DNA from: Nemertoderma westbladi
Taxonomy: Eukaryota; Animalia; Xenacoelomorpha
Length of the DNA stretch: 64,000 nt
Assembly (NCBI GenBank): GCA_032718475.1
Contig: JAUCBJ010004319.1
Span: forward strand, 1-64,000
Reading direction: 5' to 3'
The position numbers and the translations under genes are program-made. Shown here in pieces: positions 51,040 to 62,710 of the stretch (position 1 is the stretch's first letter; the number at the start of each line of letters is the position of its first letter). The notes under the pieces are model-generated. The model had not been told where the DNA came from, made no database searches, and worked only from the letters and a program-made list of their open reading frames with translations.

Positions 51040-51312
51040 TGTGGGGCGAGCCACGCAGTCGGGGCGAGACTTAGCGCACAATTATAATTAGTAAATAGGG
51101 CAAAATTTCATGTCCTTCTGTCGTCTGTCTGTCTGTCTATCTGTCTGTCCGTCTGTAATGAAAAATTCATTCGTAAATAACTTTTGAAGTATAAAATTCC
51201 AATATTTTTGAAAGTTACGGGCAAATACCTCTCGAACTTTTAACTCCAGATCAAATCGAACTTGTTTCGAACTTGCTCAAGTTCGCGTGCTGCGCGACGC
51301 CCCACGAACGTG
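51040..51312 (+). mobile_element. Short member of the HINE-like family at 23725-25295
   Basis: TGTGGGGCGAGCCACG start, (GTCT)n, and CGTGCTGCGCGA..CCCCAC end. Confidence 0.65.
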
Positions 51313-52565
51313 TCCCTTTAGACACTAATAAAATCTACAGTAACTTGGTGAAGATTTTGTACTAAACGAAATGTATATTAAATAATTAGTAGTAACTAGT
51401 AGTGCGGAGAACATGTGGGAATGCGGGAGTAGTAAATATTACAGGGAAAGAAATTCAGCACCCGCAAACAAAAATAAGTTAACGGTTGTGTTGTAAATTC
51501 TATTTGGTCTGATGGAGGACTATAGTCAGAAAGCTAGCATTGTATGCCTTAATATTTTAATTTAATTTTAATTTTTTTTAATTAATTTTAAATTAAACCA
51601 TTATTGAGTGGTCGTCATAACACAGGAATTTTTTTGATTATCAGACATTCTTCTCTGTCATGTCAGGTGCTCCTAGCATGCAGTAGTGCTATTATTTTAA
51701 TATAATTAATATTTAAAATAAATTTATAAAATCATGCTGTCAATAATTTATCGTGGTAACAAAACAACTATATTAGCTAAACTAGTAGGTAACAACTAGA
51801 GACTATCATGATAAAGAATAAATTTATAAAGGTATTACGCAAATGATAAGTGTTCTGGCTATTTCGTTGTTATTTCTGTGTGAGGAGTGCATTACACATA
51901 TATTTGGTATAATACCTCTTGTGGAGTTGATCTACGTGGCATGGAATGCCACTCACTCAATTGGTGGTAGCGTTTCCTTGTGTAGTCGTGGCTTGGCTTG
52001 TGAAATGTACTTGACTTTTACCCTAACCATATCCTGAATGTTATGTTAATTCCGGCACTCAATATTTGATAAAAGTATTATTCTTTCACGTGTATAATAA
52101 TAATATTGTTTGTGAGGGGAGATATTATAGTACCATAGCCATTTGACACTACAAGTTTCAATATGTTGTCTTGCAATATGTGTATCTAATCTGCATTACT
52201 CTATAATTGCAGGTTACAGTGCTGCAGATATTACATTGATTTATTTTTTTTAATATTTTTATAGATAGCACATAATGTTATCCAATTAGTGAGAATAAAG
52301 GCATTACCAATAATAGCATTATAATTAGCTTTATTTTATAGTTTTGGTCTATTCGACTATTTAGTTTTAGTGAACAAATCAATACAATTTTGGAAATAAT
52401 ACATTATTTACTTTGAATTTGGAATTATCTCTATCTATACCCAAAGCATAAACTCCCTTTAATTATTTGCGTGGATATTTGCCTGTAACTTTATGCTATT
52501 TATATCGCTTTGTAGCGACTTCAGTTATTAGCTACATTGGTTATGAATGGATGTTTTCCTATTAG

Positions 52566-52689
52566 GAGGCGGAAAGGTTTCAGTTTATTGAAGGGCCGCA
52601 CCACATCAACTACAGCCCAGGTCCATGGCAACTCAATACCGTTCGGTCTCGATTCATCAGCCCTGTCGCATAGCGACCATCGTAAACAG
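52566..52689 (+). CDS. NHS: NHS/Gukh-like exon 7
   Basis: Acceptor ttttcctattag, phase 2 as required by exon 6. Encodes RRRKGFSLLKGR...DHRKQ. Donor CAG|GTATGC. Confidence 0.75.
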
Positions 52690-53244
52690 GTATGCAAATA
52701 CGGTATTAAATCAAGGACTTCTAGAAATTATATTATAAATATATATAATAACTTATATTTAGTATTTATTCTTAAAACATCAGAAAATACAAATTATCCA
52801 TACGTATACAATATTAAAATACACCACAGTCACCAGAAACAAGGAAAAATATAGTTTCTTTTGAGTATTTATATAAATTTTTCTTATTATAAATTTTTCT
52901 GTCCTACAACAAACAACCTTAAGCCAAAAAAATAATGTTGATATTTTTACCACATTTCTCATCAATTAATGGTATACATGCAGACACAAACTTTGTTGAT
53001 ATTGTTTCAATCTTAACCAACTTATTTTAGTTGTTAATGTTAAAGGCCCCGCTTGTGGTGTTCACATATAACCATATTTTTAAGCGTTATCTGAAACATG
53101 TACCTTTCAAACTTTATTAAAGCGCTTCCAATGAGTTCCAGAGCAAATGGTTCAAAGTCCATATCCTGAGAAATACTGTCAAAACAGCTGCTAAACTGCA
53201 GACTTACTTAACCCTATTGAGCTCTAATTAACTATGTCTATTAG

Positions 53245-53399
53245 GGCGATGGTAGTAACTCCCCCGCTAAGCTCTCGTCGTCCTCCACAACCAGCCACAA
53301 CGGCAGTGTCGTCGAGACAGACTCCGGTATAGGAGGGGCCAAAGACAGACCAGATAGCGAGAACAGTTACATATCTACCGGCTCGGTTGATAAGCTTGG
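53245..53399 (+). CDS. NHS: NHS/Gukh-like exon 8 (gene continues beyond window)
   Basis: Acceptor gtctattag, phase 0. Open Ser-rich frame GDGSNSPAKLSSSS...ETDSGIG...SVDKL. Donor GG|GTTAGT. Confidence 0.75.
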
Positions 53400-53537
53400 G
53401 TTAGTTCAATGTAACATTGTCATCATATAATGGTAATTCAATATTGATATTTACGCACATTACATTATACCTACTCGCATGCACCACACATGCCAACATA
53501 AAATATGTCGTGAAATTATAATAGTAAATTAGATTTT

Positions 53538-54719
53538 TGTTCGCGCTTTCAGACCTTTAGCAGTTTAACCTGCCAAATTTGGGTGTCTTCTAGATTATAA
53601 ATCGACTTTAGCCTATGACGAGTATTTGATACACTACATTAGCCGAAGCCAGCCTATGCGCGACCATTCACCCGCTGGATATACCCGGGAGACTGGATTC
53701 GGAAGCCTAACCTTATTGCGGTGTAGGCCTACTGTATTATTCGACTGATTGTTAATATATAATTTCTGACAAATATTATTCACCTTCGGGAAATATTAAC
53801 AGTTCCTTTAGGACGTGGCGCTCTAAATATGTAAACAGAGTTATGACTTATACTAGACACAACGGGAGGGCTATGGATTCACGTATATAGCGCATTCTTT
53901 AGGAGATGCTTTGTTATCAGTCACCACAATCATGCACACTACCGCACAATGCTGCACACAGATCTGCCGACCTTCACTAATTTTAGTCACATATAAAGAG
54001 AACAACGACCGATACATGTAGTGCCTATGAAATAGCATTAGATTCACTTCAAAACCACTTTAATGTAAGTCGCAATCGTTATATGTAACCGGTCTCTCTT
54101 ACCTTCAGTATATCAAGAAGATTGAGGGTTTTATAATTATTTATCGATATTCCAAATATAATAATATTCCATCAACTGATATAATTAATGACCGACAGTA
54201 AATAGCAGTAAAAATGCGGTGTTTGTAGTTGACAATATGATTAGGTGAGTTATGGTGAGATGCGATAACAGATATACGTTTCTATGATTAAGCCTACTAA
54301 TGTTGGGCTAAAGCCTGAAACCACAGAGATTCCAAAGCCGGTCTTCTGGGCTCAGGAAAAAAGGTAAACATTGACCCATAATGCATTGCGCGATTTCCCG
54401 GAGGTTTCTGTACAAAAAGCAGGAGAATCGCTCTGATTGGTTGACCGAACAAAGAAACAACAGAGAACAAGGAAAAAGCTACACGTGTACAGATCAGCTG
54501 TTAGCTGTCGTCATAGTAACTACACTGTTTCAAGAGGATTTAGCGTATTGCGACATAGAATTGCTAGTTATGTCCGCTAAAGTACACATACAGAAGAAAT
54601 GGCTTTTTATGTCCACTAAAACACCAGTACAGTAAGGAAACGGCTTTTTATGTCCGTTAAACCAACTACAGAGTACTTTGCGGGAAAAATAACCAGCTAA
54701 TTCCGCAAAAGCTTTTACA
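53538..54719 (-). repeat. 3' LTR of right Bel/Pao copy
   Basis: TG..CA ends, colinear with 1304-2439 but clearly diverged. Confidence 0.85.
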
Positions 54720-55159
54720 CCGCTCCCAGAAAATTGGATTTAATTCTATAAAATATAAAAAATCACAGTTTCTAAAATATAGAAATACTCTAAACAGTTA
54801 GTTTTTCTTGCGCGGACGGCGTTTACGCAGTTTTTTGAGGCTAGCAAGAGTCCTTTTCTCTTTGGGGCGAGCCACTTTACTAGGAGGGCTATAACCCTTG
54901 GGTAAAGGGTGCAATACAATTGCATCTGAAGGTTTAGGGTTACGGTCGATGTCTCATCCATTTCGATATGCTTCTCCTCGAGCTGATTTTCCTCCGCTTA
55001 TCGTTGGATGTGTTCGTCCAAAACTCTTGCAGGGAATAGGGTCGTCCAAGTTCGATATCTTCTTAGAGATTCTGAATTTCCTGATTGAACTGAGATAAAG
55101 TTAATTCGTTTACCGCTTGGACTTGCTGCTGCAATTTACGTTTCTCTAAACAATTGTAG

Positions 55160-56045
55160 GTTCATTTTCCGTTCTTTTGACGAATAGTGTCCAACGCGTT
55201 TCGTACAACTCTCTCCTCCGCCTCGGTGACAGGTTGTATCGGGTTAAACAGGGACGATGATACGGTTGAATGACGATATTAGATGTCCGCGTCCCAATCC
55301 GACTAGGTAAGATGGGCGAATATTTAGGGAGCCCACAACCGGAGTGCCACCGACTAACTGTTCGGGTAGCACTAGATCTTTGAACAGTGAGTACAGTTCG
55401 GGAGGATCCATGATACTATTAGGATCAAGAGTCTGAGGTCTAACTAGGGAATGAGGAGGTCTGACCGAGTATTCCGGAACTCTGATCATAGGTTTATTTA
55501 AGGATTGTTTGAATCGAGCGAGCGTAGGTGATACATCGAACAAGTTTCGCTCGAAACTCCCGTAAATATAGCGTGTAAAACCGTGTTTAAAGCAACGTCT
55601 CTACGGATGTTTATGTCTTTCAGTTTGTTGGTTGGGTCTAGGGCATTCATCGTAATAATACCAAAGACGCACGTCTTGTAGGGGAAACTATATCCGGTTA
55701 TATATATATATATCCGGTTATATTATCCGGTTCTTTAACGTCTTCTCTTTCGAGTCGATTTCGAATAGAATTTTCGCATTCTATTTTCAGTTTATCGTTC
55801 CGACTCCACTGGGTAGGATATTTAAATAGTACCATTTCCCTTTCGGTGTCGAAATCGTCCGTATCGTGTAAATCGATAGGATGACCAGTAGTTAAGAAGT
55901 CCATATGCCTACCATTACGATGCGTATAGCGAGCAGTGAATTTTCGATAGTCCAATTCACGCGTAAGTTGCTCCTGGGACATCGGCGGTTCGATATAACG
56001 ACCATCATCCTCCGTAGTAGTTGGACCAGCGTCGCCGCGTATCAA
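55160..56045 (-). pseudogene. Decayed accessory ORF of unknown function between pol remnant and 3' LTR
   Basis: Consecutive protein-like frames (56045-55698, ~55680-55244, ~55260-55163) are broken by a small duplication/TA expansion at ~55700, a stop and frameshifts. Confidence 0.45.
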
Positions 56046-57757
56046 GCTATCAACAAACGCTTGTAAAGGTAGAGTATATCACTCCCTGATACCAAGATCA
56101 TCTTCTATCAACTCAGTCATATCTGCTATACGAGTTTATCAATATTATAATGAGTTTATATTTAGGCTAGCGGGCGTCGCTGCCTACCCCTCTCGGCCCC
56201 CGGACAGCGCAAGATCCTCAGCGCTGGTGTACTTTCGCCGATGTGCCTATCGCCAACGTCGTAGCTGCACAACGACCACAACAACCAGCAGCGAGTCACT
56301 CCACCGTCCGTCCCAAAGGCTTAGATTTACTTCAGGTTCTTACTGGAGAGTTAGGGCTACTTTCACAATTGCGACTCGCTACTGTAAACATACTTTAGTA
56401 GTAACATTCACCTATAAACGCACAAATTCCACACAACTGTCACAAACCGCACACATTCGGGCCATTTGTCCGTTAGTCAGTGCCTTCCAGAATGCCACGT
56501 TATTATTATGTATCCTTGGATACTAGCAGTGTGCTATTTATTCCCTATGCTATTCAATGGGGCAAGCCTTTATTGTTCTTTTAACTCACTTCTAATTCTA
56601 GCGTGGGTGTTGCTATGGTGACATTATGGAAAGCTAGCGGTAGAATTAGGGTAATTCTCATGCATACAGATCTGGGATGCTATTTAATAGTAATTCTTTA
56701 ATTGTCAATATCCCCTTTATACATGATTTTATGAATTTTATCGGCTATTGACTATATATTGGAGATTCTCGCACACTAATACACTTAATAGGGTGAATCT
56801 CCGCTCCCATGATCTATTAATTAATGGAATTTTGGGAATGTTATAAATTGTATAAAAATGACAATTTATCAAATTCATTAAAACATGAATTTAAATTTAT
56901 TCCCGTAAATTTTATTATTTAATATTAAATGGACACAATTTTATTCCAGAACATGTCTGGGGACTAGGATCCTTGATTCTAGGAAATTGGTCTTTTTAAG
57001 AATATCGGTAAGTGCTACGATATCTTAATAGACTAGAATTTTAAAGGATCTAAAATTTGACAGATTTTGTAAATATTAATAATTAATATTTAGGATGGGC
57101 ACCAGTTTATTCCAGAACTTGTCTGGGGACGTTAACCACTGATTCTAGAATTTTGTCTTTCAAGTATATCGGTGGGTGCCGCGATATCTTAATCGACTAG
57201 AATTACAGATGGTCAAAGGGTTTAACAGATTTATTTGCGTTGTACGCTACTGTTAAAGGGACATCACGCTACTATATGTATTATTTAATATACGGTATGA
57301 GAGCAATATCGCACGAAGCAATGTCAGTGAGAAGAGGCAAGTCGTTTCCAAGGTCTACCCAGAGCTTGGTTTAGCCGAGACACGAGGATCTGAATTTTGC
57401 ATTCCTAATACTCTACTTTACCAATAATACTTGAATATAGTAGGAGCTTTATTGTACTTTAATAAGTACGGATATTTCATCTTACTGTAGTTACGTATTT
57501 GTAATGTAATACGGACAGTAAGGAAAGAGAAAAAGAATTATTTCTCGCCGTCGCACTAAATATATAATATATAAGTAATTAAGTAATAAACGCGAATATA
57601 TATTGCACTAATCTACTAGATAATCGCTAAAATAACATTCTACTAAATAAAATTAAAGAAAACGATTATAATAAAATTACATAATAATACATACATAAAT
57701 ATAAAATAATAAAAACAAATATAAAATAATATAGTCACACACCCACTCCAGACGCTG

Positions 57758-58720
57758 TTACGTTGGGGAGTCCCTAGATGTTTGTTGGATTAGGGAGGTG
57801 GTCGTGGGAAGAGTATCTTGCCTTCCATAGTTTCCGGACAGTTCTCGGTCTCGTTCCAGTAAACATAAACGACCAACTGGGCGATTGAGCTGCTGTGTCT
57901 CGAAGACAATTCCAGGTTTCCTCTTCGTCCTGGAATAGTGACGATAGAAACATCGCTTCAAATACACGACGGCCTTACAAAGCCGATTCCAGGATCTATA
58001 GTGGTCCATCGCTCCCGGCAGGAGAGGTGAGAGTCCCGGCGAGACGTCTGGTGTTCCAGATCTCCAGTCTCTCTCTCTGATCTCCACAACAGATCGGTTC
58101 GCGGTGGGGGAGTTTAGATCCACAGCGTCGTCCCTGGCAATGTGTAATACAGACAGATCTATCACGGGTTTAAATAACCTTGATTTACTCGTCCGGGTTT
58201 TAGGTTTGACTTTCTCCGCTCCCTTGGCTTGTCTAATCTCAGCCGTGGTAAGATGGGGAGGCCATTCATCTTCTTTACTTAGGAAGTCGGGTCCACCTAA
58301 CCAGTCTGGAGTATCTGTCAGTTCTTGAGGAGTTGCTCCTCTGGAAGCGATGTCGGCTAGATTAATCGTCTCGGGGCAATATCTCCATTGATCTACATTA
58401 GAGTTAATATCGTCATTATCTGAGGAGTATGGTGTTCCCTCAGTTGGGTCGTCAACTTCACTGCTCTCCACTTCCCATTCACTTAATTGATATACCTGTT
58501 CTTTCGGTAATCTTTCCATAAGGGTTCTACGGGAAGGGCCAGTAAAGTACCAACCTACTCTAGTTCTTCCCGCATAGACTTGTAATGGTTGCGGTTGAGC
58601 AGGCCGTTTCTCCAATGTCTCAAGCGCTTCATGCGCATTTTGGCCGATGAGTATTTGCACCCCCAGGGTAATCGGTGTTGAATCTAGGTATATTAAGCTG
58701 CTGGGTGGAATCGTCCTCAT
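57758..58720 (-). pseudogene. Bel/Pao pol remnant: protease C-terminus fused to RNase H tail and integrase C-terminal tail
   Basis: ILIGQN...TRVGWYFTGP (protease end), then QWRYCPETINLADIASRG...WLGGPDFL and SWNRL (RNase H end), then RPVGRLCLLE (DUF5641-like terminus). No YxDD RT or integrase core. Confidence 0.85.
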
Positions 58721-60689
58721 CCCAGTTATAAGGTTCTACTTGGCTGGTAGCGAAGTTCTTTATCGCCACCATTTTTACTGACCTTATACTATGTTCTCCT
58801 AGTTCGTCCTGGGGGGTGGACAACGCACCTACATAATAATCAGCTATTACTGTAGATTTCCAAACCTGCATAATTCCTGACATGTTTAACTTAGTTCGGA
58901 ACTTGGGTTGTCCAGCAAAGATGTCTTCGGCTAGTTCTTTGTCGATGAATGTTCCTGTGCTACCGGAGTCAAGGAGGGCGTTCACTATATAACTCCTTTT
59001 AGGTCCGTGGACCCTTAACTGCACTACTGGAAATTCTCGGATTCCTACATTGGAAGTTGGTGCTTTCCAAGATGGTTGTCGGTCAGAAGTAGTTAGGGGG
59101 AGCTCGCTGTCTGTGTCTTTTTCATACGTAAGTGCTCGATACACTGCGGTATTTATCAGGTAACAGGATTCGTTTTCATCGGAGAATTCGTCCGTATAGA
59201 ATCCTTCCATCTCAGAACCTTGGTCAGTGTCGTTCACGTCACTGAATTGGACATGTAGTTCGGAATCACTTACCTGACTCGGGCTGTTTCGTTCGAATTC
59301 AGTGTGCAACAAGATATGATGTTTTGCGCCGCACTTTGCACACCTTGCGTCGGAGTAACAGGTTCGCCTTTGGTGTCCTTGTTTGAGGCAATTATAGCAC
59401 AACCGCTTATCCCACATGACTTCCCGTCTATCCTTTAATGATTTCTTTAGGAATTCATCACACATGTTCAAACGGTGGGTCCCGTCACATAGCGCACATT
59501 TCGGTTTGATGTTACTTACCTTACTTTGGGTAACGTTGTGCACACTCGTTCTTTCCTCGGGCTTTCTTACATGAATTCTCTTAGGAGACGTAGGAGGAGT
59601 TTTTCTTACCTGTTCTCTCCTGTCATTGGTTCGAGACTTGAATTTACTTACGTCCTTAGGCGCTTTGTTGTCATAGTAAGATCTTTCAGTGTCTTTCCCG
59701 CTGTCTTCCTCTTGAGAAGCCTGGCTTTCGCCGTCGTCTGTATAACACACTGGTATTACCCTTCTCCTAGAAACGGGTTTCTCACTTACCTTATTTTCCG
59801 GTGTCTTCTCTCTGGACTGCTTTAGGAGCTGTAATTTTACCTCTCCATCTAAGAATGACATGAGATCAGCCATGGTAGGATCTCTTCGTTGTTGTTCCAT
59901 CATATATAACACTTTCTTGTCCCAGCGTGTACCTACTCCACCCTTTGGTAAAGTAGAGGCCACGGCTCCAATAACCATAGAACTCTGATATTCATGAGAC
60001 TTACCTAGCCAATCTAATTGTCTACAGATTTCCTGAATCTCATCGGAAAACTCTATTATCCCGCTGCTAATGAACTTTCGGGGCGCTACTAATTTTGCAT
60101 ACAAATATTTAGCTATGTTATTCCTATTACCATACCTGATGTTTAGTGTATCCCAAACTTGTCTTAATCCATCGGGATGTCCAATAAACTTTAACGCCAT
60201 TAACTTGGGAGATCCTTCCAAGCACTCGATGAGGAATCTAAGTTTCTCTCCGTTTGATAGCACAGAGTTCTGTATGTTATCTTTGTAATATTCATTAAAA
60301 GGTAACCATTTCATCTCATCTCCATTGAACTTGACGATCTCTCCCACCTTTACCGCTTGACGGGCTTCGGTTCTAGCCATTTGATGCGTAAAACTTTCTT
60401 GGGCCATCGTGTTATTTAATATCGAGTTATCGGTATATAAATTTCTCAGATTATTATCAAGTCTATATGGGATATCATTGTGAACAGGTTTATAATTACC
60501 CTTAATAGGGTTTACTATAGGAGTTTCCACTTCGCTAGCAGTATAGATGCGTGTAGGCTCCACACCTTGCGCATGAAATACTTCAGACCTAACAGGTTGA
60601 CACATTGTTACAGGGGGTGGTGGTATACCCTTTTGTGTATTTACTAATTTATCGCGTGCTAACGCGATACTTTGCTGCACTTCTTGCAA
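58629..60689 (-). CDS. Bel/Pao Gag (DUF1759-like, three Cys-His knuckles) plus aspartic protease; part of a disrupted polyprotein
   Basis: KFNGDEMKW..F...EKLRFL..CLEG; CxxC..H..C, CYNCL..GH...C, CxxC...HH..LH; ALLDSGSTGTFI. Confidence 0.92.
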   Translation of the reverse strand: MQEVQQSIALARDKLVNTQKGIPPPPVTMCQPVRSEVFHAQGVEPTRIYTASEVETPIVNPIKGNYKPVHNDIPYRLDNNLRNLYTDNSILNNTMAQESFTHQMARTEARQAVKVGEIVKFNGDEMKWLPFNEYYKDNIQNSVLSNGEKLRFLIECLEGSPKLMALKFIGHPDGLRQVWDTLNIRYGNRNNIAKYLYAKLVAPRKFISSGIIEFSDEIQEICRQLDWLGKSHEYQSSMVIGAVASTLPKGGVGTRWDKKVLYMMEQQRRDPTMADLMSFLDGEVKLQLLKQSREKTPENKVSEKPVSRRRVIPVCYTDDGESQASQEEDSGKDTERSYYDNKAPKDVSKFKSRTNDRREQVRKTPPTSPKRIHVRKPEERTSVHNVTQSKVSNIKPKCALCDGTHRLNMCDEFLKKSLKDRREVMWDKRLCYNCLKQGHQRRTCYSDARCAKCGAKHHILLHTEFERNSPSQVSDSELHVQFSDVNDTDQGSEMEGFYTDEFSDENESCYLINTAVYRALTYEKDTDSELPLTTSDRQPSWKAPTSNVGIREFPVVQLRVHGPKRSYIVNALLDSGSTGTFIDKELAEDIFAGQPKFRTKLNMSGIMQVWKSTVIADYYVGALSTPQDELGEHSIRSVKMVAIKNFATSQVEPYNWDEDDSTQQLNIPRFNTDYPGGANTHRPKCA

Positions 60690-60691
60690 CT

Positions 60692-62710
60692 CTAACCTAC
60701 TCTCTCTAATTGTAATGAGCGGGAACGGTGTTCCCTCAGCTGCCCGAGCAGGAGACCCATCTCCCGTCGTCCCTCATCTACCCACTCGACCGCCGAAGCG
60801 GGAGGCGCCAACGTTGTAGCGGGCGGACGAGGGACAACGGGCGACAAATCATTAATATTTCGCTCGGAGTCCAGGACATGAACATTTTCAAGGGTGGTTC
60901 TGTGGGGCACAGGTAGCTTAGTGCTGTGCTGAGGGAATTTAGAGGTAGGTTCAGGGAGTACAGGTGTCTCTATCACCGAAGGGGTGGCTTCGAGAACAGG
61001 CCTAATTATTTCAGGCTCATCTACTATAGTAGGGAGTCTTTCTATTTTAATTATTTGGTCTGTGGGTTCTGTACTACCTAAGTTTGTGTTAGTTAGTTGC
61101 CTTCTAACAGCTGGGGGCAAATCAGGCAATTTCTGACGGTGGAATATTCTTCTACGTCTGCTTAGACGAGATCTATTTCCTCCGCCTTCAGTATCGGTGG
61201 TATCGCCTTCCTCAGATGATGTATATCGCTGTCTTTTGGGAGTAGATCGACTCATCATCTGCATTTGACTAGCTGTTAACTGTTTATTTATGCAGTCTTG
61301 ATTCTCTTGAATATTTTCCAACTCTAGTTGGGTGGTCTCTTCAGATGCTCTTCGTTCTGCTTATGCCACTGCTCGCTTTCTTTCCGCTTCTGCCGCTTTT
61401 CTTTCTGATTCTGCCGCTGCTGCTTTTGCCTCTGCCGCTGCCACTTTTGCCTCTGCCGCTGCCTCTGCCGCTTTTCTTTCCACTTCTAACACTTTTCTTT
61501 CTGCTTCTGCCTCTGCTGCTGCCGCTGCTGCTATCTTTCTGTCTTCTATACGTTTTTTCTTTACTTGTTCTTCTTGGACTCTAGCGATGCGGAGGTGTTC
61601 ATCAAATTTAGCTTGGTTCGCAGCTCTCATATCCGCATCGATTGCGTCCAACACAAGCTTGGCTCCTTCACTATTAGGGCTAAGTCCATCCAGCCTTCTC
61701 CTCAACTCTTCATCACCTACAAAGCGTTGATAGTCTGACAGATAGATGTCAATAGCATCCCTCTTATGCGGTTTCTCTGCTGTCGCTTCGCTTTCCACTT
61801 GGGAAAAGGTAGCATCTGTTGATTCTCCATGGGTTGAGCGTTCAGCCAGCTGAGCTTTCCACTGGGCCGTTCCTTGAACCTGGAGACTCACCCGTTGGAA
61901 CCAAGTCTTTACGGCAACTTGCAACGACGTGTCTTGTCTTCTTTTTGAAGCTTCTTCAAAGGCCGATAAGATTAGTCTGATTCTTAGAATTCTTTCTCTA
62001 ACTTGATAAAGCAGCTCTCCCTGCCCTTGAGGTCCTTGGGGTTGTCGAAACAGTTGTTCCTCTAATCGCTCCATAGAGCTGAAGAATCCCTGTACGTATC
62101 CTGCTGCTGACCTCTTCCACACAGCTGGATCGATGGTTTCTTTTATTACTCCCATCCTGTGTATGTCTTCCCAGGCAGCTTCCGATAAGTCAAACGGTAC
62201 TCCGGGTCCGGGGAAGTTCCATTGCGACTCGACAATAGACTTCAGTTCTTCCCTTGTGTATCCCGCATAACTATCCTTGGTCGATCGCTTACTTCTCGCC
62301 CAATCAATCTGGTGTTCCTCCACCGCAATCAATACCCTAGTGAGTACGGCTGCAGGAAGGATGAGAAGGGGATCCGAATAAACCGCATCTACCATCTTTG
62401 CTCCGCGCTCGGGTGTCAGCTCTACAGTATCCGCACTACTGGAGCTGTCGGGCCGCTGAGAAATACGTTCTCGGCTCGAGTGTTGCTGCTGTTCCGCTGC
62501 TTCTTGGTCTCGCTTGACTTGAGCTCGAGTGCCTATGATAGACCTACGGTGTTGGACTAGCCTAGGGTCTGATATTACTACTGGAGGGATGATCTTTCTT
62601 ACAGTAGGAGGTGAGTTGAACTTCGGTCTCACACGTTCCACACTCCTATCTGGGTCACAGATGGTTGTATCTAAGAGACTGTCTGACAGGTTTTGCTTTG
62701 TATCAGACAT
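60692..62710 (-). pseudogene. N-terminal extension of the Bel/Pao polyprotein (coiled-coil/low complexity), interrupted
   Basis: ORFs 61361..62710 and 60692..61321 are in the same frame, separated by one TAA that is GAA in the left-hand copy. A frameshift in a (GA)n run at ~60705 links to the gag ORF. Confidence 0.8.

Noticed and set aside
1304-54719. The two LTRs as ends of one giant element carrying NHS exons
   Set aside because: The LTRs are too diverged and each has its own internal sequence pointing outward (left of 1304, right of 54719).
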